This document shows, one piece after another, positions 24,510 through 35,263 of a stretch of DNA of 64,000 nt. The position numbers and the translations under genes are program-made. The notes under the pieces were generated by a model, which made no database searches, was not told where the DNA came from, and saw nothing but the letters and a program-made list of their open reading frames with translations. Numbering within the stretch: position 1 is the first letter of the stretch; each line of letters starts with the position of its first letter. Origin of the DNA: Mobula birostris (lineage: Eukaryota). The stretch is from the NCBI RefSeq assembly GCF_030028105.1, contig NC_092375.1, positions 34,199,130 to 34,263,129 on the forward strand. The letters run 5' to 3'.

Positions 24510-26430
24510 AGACCATAAGATATTAGAGCAGAAGTAGGCCATTCGACCCGTCGAGTCTGCTCCACCATTCAATCATGGGCTGATCTAATTCTTCCAGTCA
24601 TCCCCACTCCCCTGCCTTCTCCCCATACCCTTTGAGGCCTGGCTAATCATGAACCTATCTATCTCTGCCTTAAATACACCCAATAACTTGACCTCCACAG
24701 CAGCTCGTGGCAACGGATTCCACAGATTTACCACGCTCTGACTAAAGTAATTTCACCACATCTCTGTTCTATATGGACATCCTTCAATCCTGAAGTTGTG
24801 CATCTTGTCCTAGACTCCCCTACCACATGAAATAACTTTGCCATATCTAATCTGTTCAGGCCTTTTAACATTCAAAATGTTTCTATGATATCCCCCCTCA
24901 TTCTCCTGAACTCCAGGGAATACAGCCCAAGAGCTGCCTGGCATTCCTCATATGGTAACCCTTCCATTCCTGGAATCATTCTCATGAATCTTCTCTGAAC
25001 CCTCTCCAATGTCAGTGTATCCTTTCTAAATTAAGGACCCCAAAACTACACACAATACTCCAAGTGTGGTCTCACGAGCTTATGGAGCCTCAACATCACC
25101 TCCGTGGTCTTATATTCTATACCTCTAGAAATGAATGCCAACATTGCATTTGCCTTCTTCACCACTGACTCAACCTGGAGGTTAACCTTTAGGGTATCCT
25201 GCACAAGGACTCCCAAGTCACTTTGCATCTCTGCTTTTTGAATTATCTCCCCAACTAGATAATCATCTTCCCATTTATTTCTTCCACTAAAGTGCATGAC
25301 CATACACTTTCCAACATTGTATTTCATTTGCCACTTCTTTCCCCATTTCCCTACTAAAGTCTCTCTGCAGGCTCTCTGTTTCCTCAACACTACCCACTCC
25401 TCCACCTATTTTTGTATACTGTAATCGGCACATTTAACCACAAATCCATTAATCCCATAGTCCAAATCATTGACATACATCGTAAAAAGCAGCAGTTCCG
25501 ACACCGAATTCTCTGGAACTCCACTGGTAACCGACAGCCAGCCAGAATAGCATCCCTTTATTCCCACTCTCTGTTTTCTGCCGATCAGCCAACGCTCCAC
25601 CCATACTAGTAACTTACCTATAACTCCATGGGCTCTTATCTTGCTAAGCAGCCTCATGTGCGACACCTTGTCAAAGGCCTTCTGAAAATCGAAGTACACC
25701 ACATCTACTACATCTCCTTCATCTTTCCTCAAAAAAATGCAGTAGTTTAGTCAGCCAGGATTTTCCTTTCAGGAAACCATGCTGGCTTTGGCCTATCTTG
25801 TCATGTGCCTCCAGGTATTTGGTTATCTCATCCCTAACATTCGATTCCAACAACTTTCCAACCACTGATGTCAGGCTAATAGGTCTATAGTTTCCTTTCT
25901 GCTGCCTCCCACCTTTCTTAAATAGTGGAATAACATTTGCAATTTTCCAGTCACCTGGGACATTGCCAGAATCTATTAATTCTTGAAAGATCATTGTTAA
26001 TGCCTCTGCAATCTCTCTAGCTACTTCCTTCAGAACCCAAGGGTGCATTCCATTAGGTCCAGATTTATCCACCCTCAGACCATTAAGCTTCCTGAGCAAC
26101 TTCTCAGTCGTAATTTTCATTGCACATACTTCACTTCCCTGACACTCTTGAATGTCCAGCATACTGCAGATGTCTTCCACTGTGAAGACTGATGCAAAAT
26201 ATGCATTCAGTTCCTCTGCCATCTCTGCGTCTCTCATTACAATATCTCCAACGTTATTTTCTATTGGTCCTTTATCTACCCTCAACTCTCTTTTACCCGT
26301 TATATACTTAAAAAAGCTTTTAGTATCTTCTTTGATATTAGATGCCAGCTTCATTTCATAATTCATCTTTTCCTTCCTATTGACCTTCTTAGTTTCCTTC
26401 TGCAAGTTTTTAAAAGCTTCCCAATCCTCT
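24510..26430 (-). mobile_element. CR1 LINE inserted into the R4/Dong element
   Basis: ORFs 25719-26405, 25406-25732 and 25046-25405: NYRPISLTSV, QHGF, DFQKAFDKV, LVRPHLEYCV; (TCTTA)-type tail. Confidence 0.92.
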
Positions 26431-26582
26431 ACCTTTTATGAGTTTGTATTTTAAGGCAAGATTTTGGTGAATGATGATTGCCAGTTGATTGTCCCTGTGT
26501 AAGCAACCAGATTGAGTTAAACTGCTGCAGAATCCTGTAATATGTTGGATTGTTTTGGTTTCTCTTGGCATTTTCTGCACAT
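26431..26582 (-). mobile_element. Upstream continuation of the R4/Dong element (CCHC knuckle)
   Basis: 'CRKC....TIQHITGFCSSLTQ..LHRDNQLAIIIHQNLALKYKLI': a CCHC zinc knuckle plus the RH(N/D) motif that precedes the endonuclease. Confidence 0.8.
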
Positions 26583-26879
26583 TCAATGTGCATGCTTGAT
26601 TCTTATTAGTCCTCCCAAAGAGCATCAACTTGCAATGAATTCTATTTGCATTTGTTCTATCTATCTTACTACATCATCAATATCATCCTATAGCCTATGA
26701 CTGGCCTGCTTACTATTAACAATGCAATTACCATACAACTTCAAACTTACTAATCTTACTTCCAACATTCATATCCAAAATCTTTAATGTATGTAACAAA
26801 CAATAATTACTCCCTGTAGCACACCATTGTTCTCAGGGTTTCAGTAACAAGAGCAACTCTCCACTATCATAAGAATCTT

Positions 26880-27345
26880 GGTGAATTGGTTTATTACTGT
26901 TACGTGTACCAAGATACAGAGAAAAGCTTATCATGCTTACTGTTCACACCGACCATTCCATTACTCAGTGTGTTGAGATACAACAAGGTAAAACAATAAC
27001 AGAATTCAGAATAATGTGCAACAGCTACAGAGAGAGTGTAGTGCAGGTAAACAATAAGGTGAAAAATCATAACAAGGCAGATTTTGAGATCTGGAGTCTA
27101 TTTTATTGCACTAGGGAACCATCAATAATCTTATAACAGCAGGACAGAAACTGTCCTTGAGCCTGGTGGTACATGCTTTCAGGCTTTTGTATGTTTGCTC
27201 AATGGCGGAGAGGAGAAAAGAGCTTGCCCAGGTCAGGAGGGGACAGATTATGCTGGCTGCTTTACCAAGGCAGCAAGAAATGTAGATAAGTATCCTTGGA
27301 AGGGAGATTTCCATGATGTGCTGAGCTGTGTCTGCAAATCTCCCA
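26880..27345 (-). mobile_element. Rex1-like LINE 3' fragment
   Basis: 'KAASII...YKSLKACTTRLKDSFCPAVIRLL'. Confidence 0.75.
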
Positions 27346-27929
27346 TGTTTTAAATTATTTTGTTATTTGTAATATGAAATATACAATTACAAGCACTAAG
27401 CTGCACATTCCACTTGAAAACACACATTTTAGAAGGCAACTGATTTGCAGTAAATAGGAGAGTAATTCTTTGTTGTAAATATGTACAAAATTAATTATTG
27501 TTGAGCCTTAAAAACATTAAATGGAACTGAATGCATTATTCAAAACAATGACATCATTAAAATAATCTTCTGCAGCAGCAAAAAAAATCAATAGAATCAG
27601 AATTTTTCAATTCATCTGCACCCACATAATTAAATGATTGATATGATGCCAAATTTGGAACTTCTTGTTGCAAAGGAGGACTGAGATAAACTCTGTAATC
27701 TATACGTTCATATATCCAATAAATTAATTGCAGAACTGCCTTTATCGTAATTACAAGCACTCTATTGTTCAATTAAGATTAAATGACATTGGATTGTTTA
27801 AACAAATCAAGCCAGAGATAATAAAGGCTTTTCACCCTCAGTGAAATAGCGTGCCAGAACGGAAAACTGACCACATTTTGATTAAATCTCATGATAGAGT
27901 GACTCGATGGTCTGGTACTATTTTGGAAA

Positions 27930-28961
27930 ATGGAAGAAGGAATTATTCTTATGCAAATGGAAAAAGCAAAACGACTTAAAGAATTCAACTATATTTTCAA
28001 TGAAAAAGGCCAACTGAGACACATCGAAACGAACCAACCATTTGTTTTCAAGCAGCACAATGCAATGAATTTGGACCATGAGTGGTACACTGCCTTCGGA
28101 ACCATTTTAGCCGAGTACATATATGAACTATTAGAGAAGGGATGTGGATTGAAACGACTCTACGTTCCTGAAGATGCCGCAGAGGATGAGCCTAAAAGTT
28201 TTTGTTTCATGAGCGAAGGTGCTCTAAATGCTCCTTCAAAGTTAATTGTTTTCGTCCAAGATCGCGGGGTTACGCGGGCTGGTGCATGGTCCCAACAATT
28301 GATTGTGCACGATTGTCTGGACACGGGCACACAAATCCCCTTCATTAAACGAGCTCTAAGCGAGCAATATGAGGTCATGGTATTAAATCCCAACGACAAC
28401 TTCCTGGCAATCGAGACGGGCCATTCCGCAAATGCGGAATGTCCTCAAACTGAACACAAGGTTGAAAAGCTAAAAAGGGGGGTTGAAAGTCATGAACAGC
28501 ATATATTGTACATTTGGGACCACTTCCTATCCGAATGTGCTCCCATGAGTGTGGCGTTCGTTGTTCACGGCTATGGTGGCTTGGCGTTTGTGAGTCTGTT
28601 AACTGAACGTTCAGAGGTGATGAACAAAGTATATACCGTGGCGTTCATAAATTCTAATCACGATGTAGATCATCAGGATGTTGGCCCAGCGGAACGGGAC
28701 TGGATCGCAAAGAACTGCCGTAAATGGTTACTGAGCAACAAGCCTCTGGACAAGCCCGTCAGCTCTATGAGGGCCGACTGTCCACAAGTTTCGGCAGGCA
28801 CCGAAAACCACGATTTGGCGCCTGCATCTTGCTTGCACCCTATTTTCAAGTATTTGAAGAAAGTTTCAAATACACAGAAAACTAACCAATTCACTAGGTC
28901 GCCAATTGTTACAAGACGTTCAAGCAAGGAAAAACCAAAAAGAACATCTGACAGTAATTAG
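27930..28961 (+). CDS. FAM172B: FAM172B-like Arb2-domain protein (paralog of FAM172A/ARB2A), single coding exon, 343 aa
   Basis: Uninterrupted ORF with FAM172 motifs: 'LKEFNYIFNEKGQLRH', 'RAGAWSQQLI..DCLDTGTQIPFIKRA', 'VLNPNDN', 'YIWDHF', 'HGYGG', 'DCPQVSAGT..H', 'VTRRS'. In-frame stop upstream of the ATG. Position next to TRMT10C supports B rather than A. Confidence 0.9.
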   Translation: MEEGIILMQMEKAKRLKEFNYIFNEKGQLRHIETNQPFVFKQHNAMNLDHEWYTAFGTILAEYIYELLEKGCGLKRLYVPEDAAEDEPKSFCFMSEGALNAPSKLIVFVQDRGVTRAGAWSQQLIVHDCLDTGTQIPFIKRALSEQYEVMVLNPNDNFLAIETGHSANAECPQTEHKVEKLKRGVESHEQHILYIWDHFLSECAPMSVAFVVHGYGGLAFVSLLTERSEVMNKVYTVAFINSNHDVDHQDVGPAERDWIAKNCRKWLLSNKPLDKPVSSMRADCPQVSAGTENHDLAPASCLHPIFKYLKKVSNTQKTNQFTRSPIVTRRSSKEKPKRTSDSN

Positions 28962-29530
28962 CAACCCAGAGTAGCTTGTCTAAAATATCGACTGATGTTC
29001 TCCACACATACACTAACACGTTTTCAGCTGCCGTGTTAACACTTTGCCTTGTAATGACAAGTAGAATTGTTTGGTTATTTAATGAATCATTTTTGGCAAT
29101 TAACAATGTTGTGATGCGTGTGGTCTATTGCTGTGCCTGGCTGGCTGGGTCGTACTAAACTCTGCTTTAACTTTGAAAGAATTTGGTTTTCTGAGGCCAT
29201 TCGCGACTATTCAAGAATGTAAAGCTTCCGAGAAATAACATTGCGTTAGTATTTTTCTCTTAAGGAAGTTTGCTTTCGAGCCTGAAAATTTGATATTTCG
29301 GGGAACATTTCCCGTTCCTTTCTATAATCGCTGGAACTAAAAGGTAAGGTGTTCGTCGAACGAGGAAGTAAAGACTGTACATTTCACCTTTTATTGCCAA
29401 TAATACCGTGTAAAGCCCAAACAGCAAGCGACCATCGACACTGGTTGTTTCCGAATATAATTGGCGAACTGCGTTTCAACCTCCTTTTCACGCTTCGAAT
29501 GGAGACCTCAACTTTTGGATCTTATACTTG

Positions 29531-30011
29531 CAGACATCCCACCCTGCAAAAACTCATTTCAGGGAGGTAGCGCCATCAATTTGCGGGAGACTTCCGGCAG
29601 AGGTGGGATGACTGCAATAGAGTAGCTCCTTAGCAGCTGGCCAGCTAGTTTAAAAAACGTTAGCTATGCTAATGAACGAATGACACCTGTTAAACTCACC
29701 TCAACATGTCTTTTACAGTCTTAACCCACCATGGGCAATAGAAGTCATTGTTGCTAACAGTGCAGCGAGCAACATTGTCATTATTTCGACCCTATTAGGC
29801 AGGGGTACACTTTAGGGTAGTCTGGGGTGACGTACGTTTTATATTTTTTGGAACACTCTGCCATGGCGCGCCCTCGCTCGTGCACTCTCGCTTGCTTTCT
29901 CTCGCTCAAAAAAATTGATTTCCGTGATATCGTATATGATTTGCGGGCATCAGGAAGCCACTATTAAAATGCGGGAGACTCCCGGAAGTTCCGGGAGAGG
30001 TGGGATGTTTG
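29531..30011. mobile_element. MITE copy 2 (13-bp TIR, 6-bp TSD)
   Basis: TIRs CAGACATCCCACC / GGTGGGATGTTTG. TSD TACTTG at 29525-29530 and 30012-30017. Confidence 0.92.
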
Positions 30012-30319
30012 TACTTGCTGTGTTTGCAACTGCAATGCAGGGAGATGGATAATAAACCCATTCTTCACAACTTCCTATATTTAACAGTACTTTTTTTCTG
30101 CTCCTGACAAATCTACGTTTTATTTCGGGCTTGGGCTGAGTTGACTGATACTCGGCCACTGTGCCACACAGCAATTGTTGAGTCAATGTGTGGGCTTTAT
30201 TGAAGGCCTGTCGGTGAGGAAAGCGTGCAGCACGAAAGGAAGGTCGCGTAAGATTTTTCTTCAAGGTTGTCCACCATCTATTAAAGATGCAGTAAAGGCA
30301 GTTAATGAAATTGTGAGAT

Positions 30320-30530
30320 ATTTAGAGATACAGCACGGTAACAGACCCTTCTGGCCCCACGAACCATCGCTGCTCAATTACACCCATGTAACCAATTTAC
30401 CAACAATACGTACATCTTTGGAATGTCGGAGGAAACCACGGGGTTACGGAGTAAACGTACAACCTCCTTACAGCCGACGGTGGAATTGAACCCCGGTCTC
30501 TGGCGCAGTAATAGCGTTATGCTACCGTGT
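30320..30530 (-). mobile_element. V-SINE (HE1-like)
   Basis: B-box GGGTTCAATTCC on minus, V-domain remnant and tail '...gtgctgtatctctaaa'. Confidence 0.7.
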
Positions 30531-30999
30531 TGGGGCTGGGGGGCAGTTGATGTTTCGGGCCAAGACCCTTTATCAGAACGAGTTTATTCCTCCGCATAGA
30601 TGCTGCCTGACTTGCTGAATTTCTCCAACAGTTTGTGTGTTTACTCACGGTTCCCAGCACCTGCAGAATCTTTGTGTTTATGGTGGGGTACCCCTGACAC
30701 CTGCCTGCAGGAAATGTCTAACAGTAGCTCCTCTCAGACCACGTGATTTTATTGGAGCACACAGAAGGCAGAGAGTGTTATAGGAATTTCAGAGAGGCAG
30801 TTAAACCAAAGGTTCAGCCAGATAAGTGATTCAATACTGCAGTCCACGGTAGCTGACCCCATCTCAAACAAGTTGGCTGTTTCGGAAACCATTGAGAGCT
30901 GACTATTCAGAAAATGACAGCAACAACCAGATCAAGGTCAGCATAACAGGCTTGGTTGTGGAGCAGGGTAGGTCAAGGAGCAGGCAAGCAACATTGATG

Positions 31000-31607
31000 G
31001 GTTAATTGTCTGGTTAGGGGTTTATCTTAAGCCAGGGGCGAGACCCTGAAATAGTGTGCTGTTATCCCTGGTGTCAGGATCAAAAAGGATATCTCAGAAA
31101 GGATGTATTCTCCTTGGAGAGTCCAGAGGAGGTTCATGATGATTCCAGAAATGAAGGGGTTAACATATGTGGACTGTTTGGCAGCTTTGGACCTGTACTC
31201 ACTGAAATTTGGAAGAATGCGCAGGGATCTCATTGAAACCTACAAAATGCTGAAAGGTCTAAATAGGGTGAATGTGGAGAGGATGTTTCCTATGGTTGGG
31301 GGTATCCAGAACTAGAGGGCACAGCATCAAAATTGAGGGACAACCCTTTACAACAGAGGTAAAAAGAATATTTTTAGCCAGAGAGTAGTAAATCTGTGGA
31401 ATGCTCTGCCACAGTCTATGGTAGAGGCCAAGTACATGTGTATATTTAATGCAGAAGTTGATTGTTTCCTGATCAGTCAGGGCATCAAATGATATGGCAA
31501 GAAGGCAGGTGTATGGCACTGAGTGGGATCCAGGATCAGCCATGATGGAATGCTGGAGCAGACTCTGAGCCGAATGGCTTAATTCAGCTCCTATGTCTTA
31601 TGGTCTT
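31000..31607 (+). mobile_element. CR1 LINE 3' fragment
   Basis: 'RVQRRF..IPEMKGLTY...LDLYSL..RMRRDLIETYKML'; tail 'ctcctatgtcttatggtctt'. Confidence 0.88.
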
Positions 31608-31609
31608 GT

Positions 31610-32578
31610 GATATACAGGAGGCCACACCGGGAGCACCGGATACAATAAATGACCCCAACAGACTCACAGGTGAAGTGTCACCTTCAAAGAAAGTGAAGC
31701 CCCTTTCTTTGAAAGAAGACATCTCCTTCTTTCTGGAATGAAAAGCCTCATCCTGAGAGCATATGCAATGGAGGTGAAGGAATTGAGAGAATGGGATGGC
31801 ATTTTTACTACCATTCAGGGCCCTAAACAGTCCTTTCAGCTAAGTCAACACTTACCTGTATGCCTGTTGGGGTCATCTACTGTATCCAGTGCTGCTGGTG
31901 TGGCCTCCTGTATATCGGTATGACCCGACTGAGATTAGGAGACCGCGTTGCTGAGCACCTATGCTCTGTCCCCCAGAAAAAGTGGGATCTCCCTGTGCCC
32001 GCCCATTTTAATTCCACTTCCCATTCCCATTCCAACATGTCAGTCCAAGGCCGCCTCTACTGTCATGATGAGGCCAAACTCAGGTTGGAGGAGCAGCACC
32101 TTGTATTTCGTCTGAGTAGCCTCCAACCTGATAGCATAGACAACGAATTCTTGAACTTCCGGTATTGCCCCCCACCTCACCCTTCCCCATTTCCAGTTCC
32201 CCCTGTTACCTTATCTCCTTACCTCCCCATTGCCTCCCTCTGGTGTTCCTCCACCTTTCTTTCTTCCATTGACTTCTGTCCTCTCTTATCAGAATTCCCC
32301 TTCTCCAGCCCTGTGTCTCTTTCACCAATCAAATCCCCAGCTCTTTACTTCACCCTCCCCTCCTCCCAGTTCCCCTGTCACCTTGTGTTTCTACCTCTGC
32401 TACCCCCACCTTAAACTCTGACTCCTCATCTTTTTTCTCCGGTCCTGATGAAGGGTCTCAGCCTGAGCTGTTGACTGTACTCTTTTCCATGGATGCTGCC
32501 TGGCCTGCTGAGTTCCTCCAGCATTTTGTTTGTGTTGCTTGGAGTTCCAGCATCAGCAGATTTTGTCTTGTTTATGAT
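31610..32578 (+). mobile_element. Penelope-like element 3' part (GIY-YIG endonuclease) with an inverted 5' segment
   Basis: 'GVIYCIQC..CGLLYIG.T..RLGDR..EHL...PV..HFNS..H...RLEEQHLVFRL..LQP'. 31610-31680 is an inverted copy of 31848-31916. Hammerhead-like core at 32440-32477. Confidence 0.88.
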
Positions 32579-32884
32579 TGAAACACAAACTGTGTTACTG
32601 CTTTACAGAACATCTGTTCAAATCATTGTGATGACCTGAGCTTTGGTTGCCTGCCATTTAAAACCTGTCCCATTCCCATTCTGATCTGACTTTGGCCTTT
32701 TAAGTTCAAGAAACAAATCTTAGTCATTGCCAATTTTAGGACTTCACATTAAATCACTGATTTTAGACAACCGGCCTTTCCGCCTGATCAGAACTAGCAG
32801 TCAGTCATCCATCTGAAACATTCACTCAGTTTTTCTCTTTCCACAAATACTACTACCTGACAGACTACTTACAGCATTTCCTGT

Positions 32885-32890
32885 TTTATT
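32885..32890 (-). terminator. Candidate TXNL4B polyadenylation signal
   Basis: AATAAA on the minus strand about 380 nt after the stop codon. Confidence 0.5.
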
Positions 32891-33267
32891 TCACATGTTA
32901 TGCCAAAACTATTTGTGTAGTTTTTTTCACTTTTCAAGAATAAGGAAAATATGTTGCTGACAAAAAAATTCAATAACCAGAGTACATCAATCATTTCTCC
33001 AAAGACCAACTTGTGGCAGCAACTTTTCTAATCAGCAGAGATCTGGAGTTCTGGGATTGTGAAATTCCAAACAATAGTGGAGCAGAAGCTCTGGAAAGTG
33101 CTGTTTGCAGATTTCTTCCAAGAAGTCTTTTGTTGATTAATTGCATGAACTAGATAAGTATTTTTTAAAAATTTCAAAGTCCCTCGTTGTCTGAGGAGTA
33201 TTTGATTACAAATGACCAAAGTTGTTTCCATGATACACTTGTAAAGCTCAACAGCCAGCTGGTGCAT

Positions 33268-33433
33268 TCAGATGCCATGATAAAGGAGGTCATACTTTGG
33301 GATGTTCCTTGGATCAATAGGGCTGTGTACTATTAACTTTCCACGCATTGCTCCACGGAATATTACTTCAATTAAATCTATGAAGTCTTGCTTGGTTTTG
33401 AAACACCCAACAAACTTTGTATGGTCTGGAGAC
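33268..33433 (-). CDS. TXNL4B: TXNL4B (Dim2) last coding exon
   Basis: Acceptor T11-AAAAAG, phase 2. Encodes (G)[54 protein letters not shown]; 166 nt. Confidence 0.95.
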
Positions 33434-34029
33434 CTTTTTAAAAAAAAAAAGAGTAAACACTTGAGTTTGCTTTTGTGTCCACAATTTACAATGATCCAAA
33501 GCACTGCAGCACGCACAAGTAAGCAGACAGTGAAGGAACTCGAGGAGAGAATGAAGCTGAATGCATTAAAGATAGTCAGAGCAATGTAAACTTGTGATTG
33601 AAAGTAAAAATAGCTGGGGTAGCATAGCCAATCATGATTTTAACAAAAGGACAGGTTTTGGGCTGATAGTGAAATTTTGGAATGGATGAAGTTAATTGAG
33701 GCAAGGGATAGAGGATGAAAGTCTATTCCACAGAGCTTTATAATAGTTAAGTCTGAACTGGATGAGGATTGAGTCACAGATATATCAATAGAAAGGTGGA
33801 AGCAGACATGTTAAAGGTGGAAATGGATGGGTTTTTGATGGAGCTAACAGAGGGAAGAAAACTATGTTTGGAGTTAATTGGAACATAAAGATAAAAGAGA
33901 GAGATGGAATGGAATCAATAGCATGGTTATGAAGTTTCTAGTGGAATCCAAAACTAATCTTATCCCTTTGTTTACATGCAATGAAATATTTCATCAAAAC
34001 CCAGATAAGGAAACAGTGTCAGAAAGATT

Positions 34030-34460
34030 TTAGAGAAGATGCTTGTATTCCATCTATGTAGTGTCCAACCTGATAGCATGAATATCGATTTCTCCTTCAG
34101 GTTTAAAAAAAAAATTCCCTTCCACTCTTCTATTCCCCACTCTGGCCTTTTACCTCTTCTCTACCTGCTTACACCTCCTCCTAGGTCACCACCTCCTTCC
34201 ATGGTCCACTCTCCTCTCCTATCAGATTCCTGCATCTCCAGCCCTTACCTTTCCCACCCATCTGACTTCACCTATCACCTTTTAGTTATCCTTCTTTCCC
34301 TCCACCACCTTTTTATTCTGGCATCTTCCCCCTTTGTTTTCAGCCCTGCAGATGCTGGAATTTGAAACAAAACCAGAAATGCTGGTAGAATTCAGCCAAT
34401 TAAGCAACATTTGTGGAAAGAGAAAGAGATCATCCTCAGTTTTTGGGTCCATCTGTCACC
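34030..34460 (+). mobile_element. Penelope-like 3' fragment in the TXNL4B intron
   Basis: 'LVFHLCSVQPDSMNIDFS' plus a pyrimidine-rich tail homologous to 32100-32440. Confidence 0.75.
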
Positions 34461-35111
34461 AGTTAGTCTCTGATTTACTTTTGTACCAGTACTGATGGAC
34501 CTGTCCCACAACTTCAGTATTGCAAGATGGAGAGAATATAGAGAATATTCAACAGGATGTTGCCAGATTGGAGGACTTTAGCTATGGGGAGAGAACATAT
34601 TGAAATGTATATGATTGAGAGCCATAGGTAGGGAAGGTAGACACACTTTTTTCTGTAGTAGGGTTTCATAAGCAAAAGGTCATAGGTTAAAGGTGAGAGG
34701 AATTTTGAAGGTGATTTGAAGATTATTTTTCTTTACAGAAGGTAGTTAATATCTGGAACATTCTGTTGAGGAGGTGGAGTCAGAAAAAATTACTAACAAG
34801 TATTTAGACAGGTACTTCAATAAGTAAGGCTTTGAAGGATAAAACCCTACTGTAGGCAAACATAAATGTAAGCTTCAGCTACAGCAATGGATTTAGGGGT
34901 AGCTGGTTACTGAAAAATAAAGATTTTAAGTGACTGTTTGTTATTACAAAAACTACAGTGTAATTGATAAGATTGTTAATTTAAAGAGAAAATGAAAAGC
35001 AGATATCTTTACGTAAACCGTTTCTCCCATTCAGTAATGCAACTTGGAATAATGAAGCCTCAATTATTATTCCTGCACCTCCATATTTTAATTGTAGAAA
35101 CAATATCTTAC

Positions 35112-35263
35112 CCATAATCCACTTTCATATGTTGGCCATTAAAGAAGAACACTGTAGAAGGAATATAGCTGATATCAAAGTAGCGGGTATATATTGGCAC
35201 ACTGTCAACATCCACGAGGTAAATGGCTGCCATTTTACTCAGATCATGAGCAGTCTTTGAAAG
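35112..35263 (-). CDS. TXNL4B: TXNL4B middle coding exon
   Basis: ttctaccag|...|gtaaga. Encodes LSKTAHDLSKMAAIYLVDVDSVPIYTRYFDISYIPSTVFFFNGQHMKVDY(G); 152 nt, phase 0 to 2. Confidence 0.96.

Noticed and set aside
31860-32414. 184-aa GIY-YIG ORF as a host nuclease gene
   Set aside because: It is a Penelope fragment that reads through into the low-complexity 3' UTR.
33434-33516. N-terminal part of ORF 33268..33516 ('MRAAVLWII...')
   Set aside because: Intronic read-through upstream of the real acceptor at 33434.
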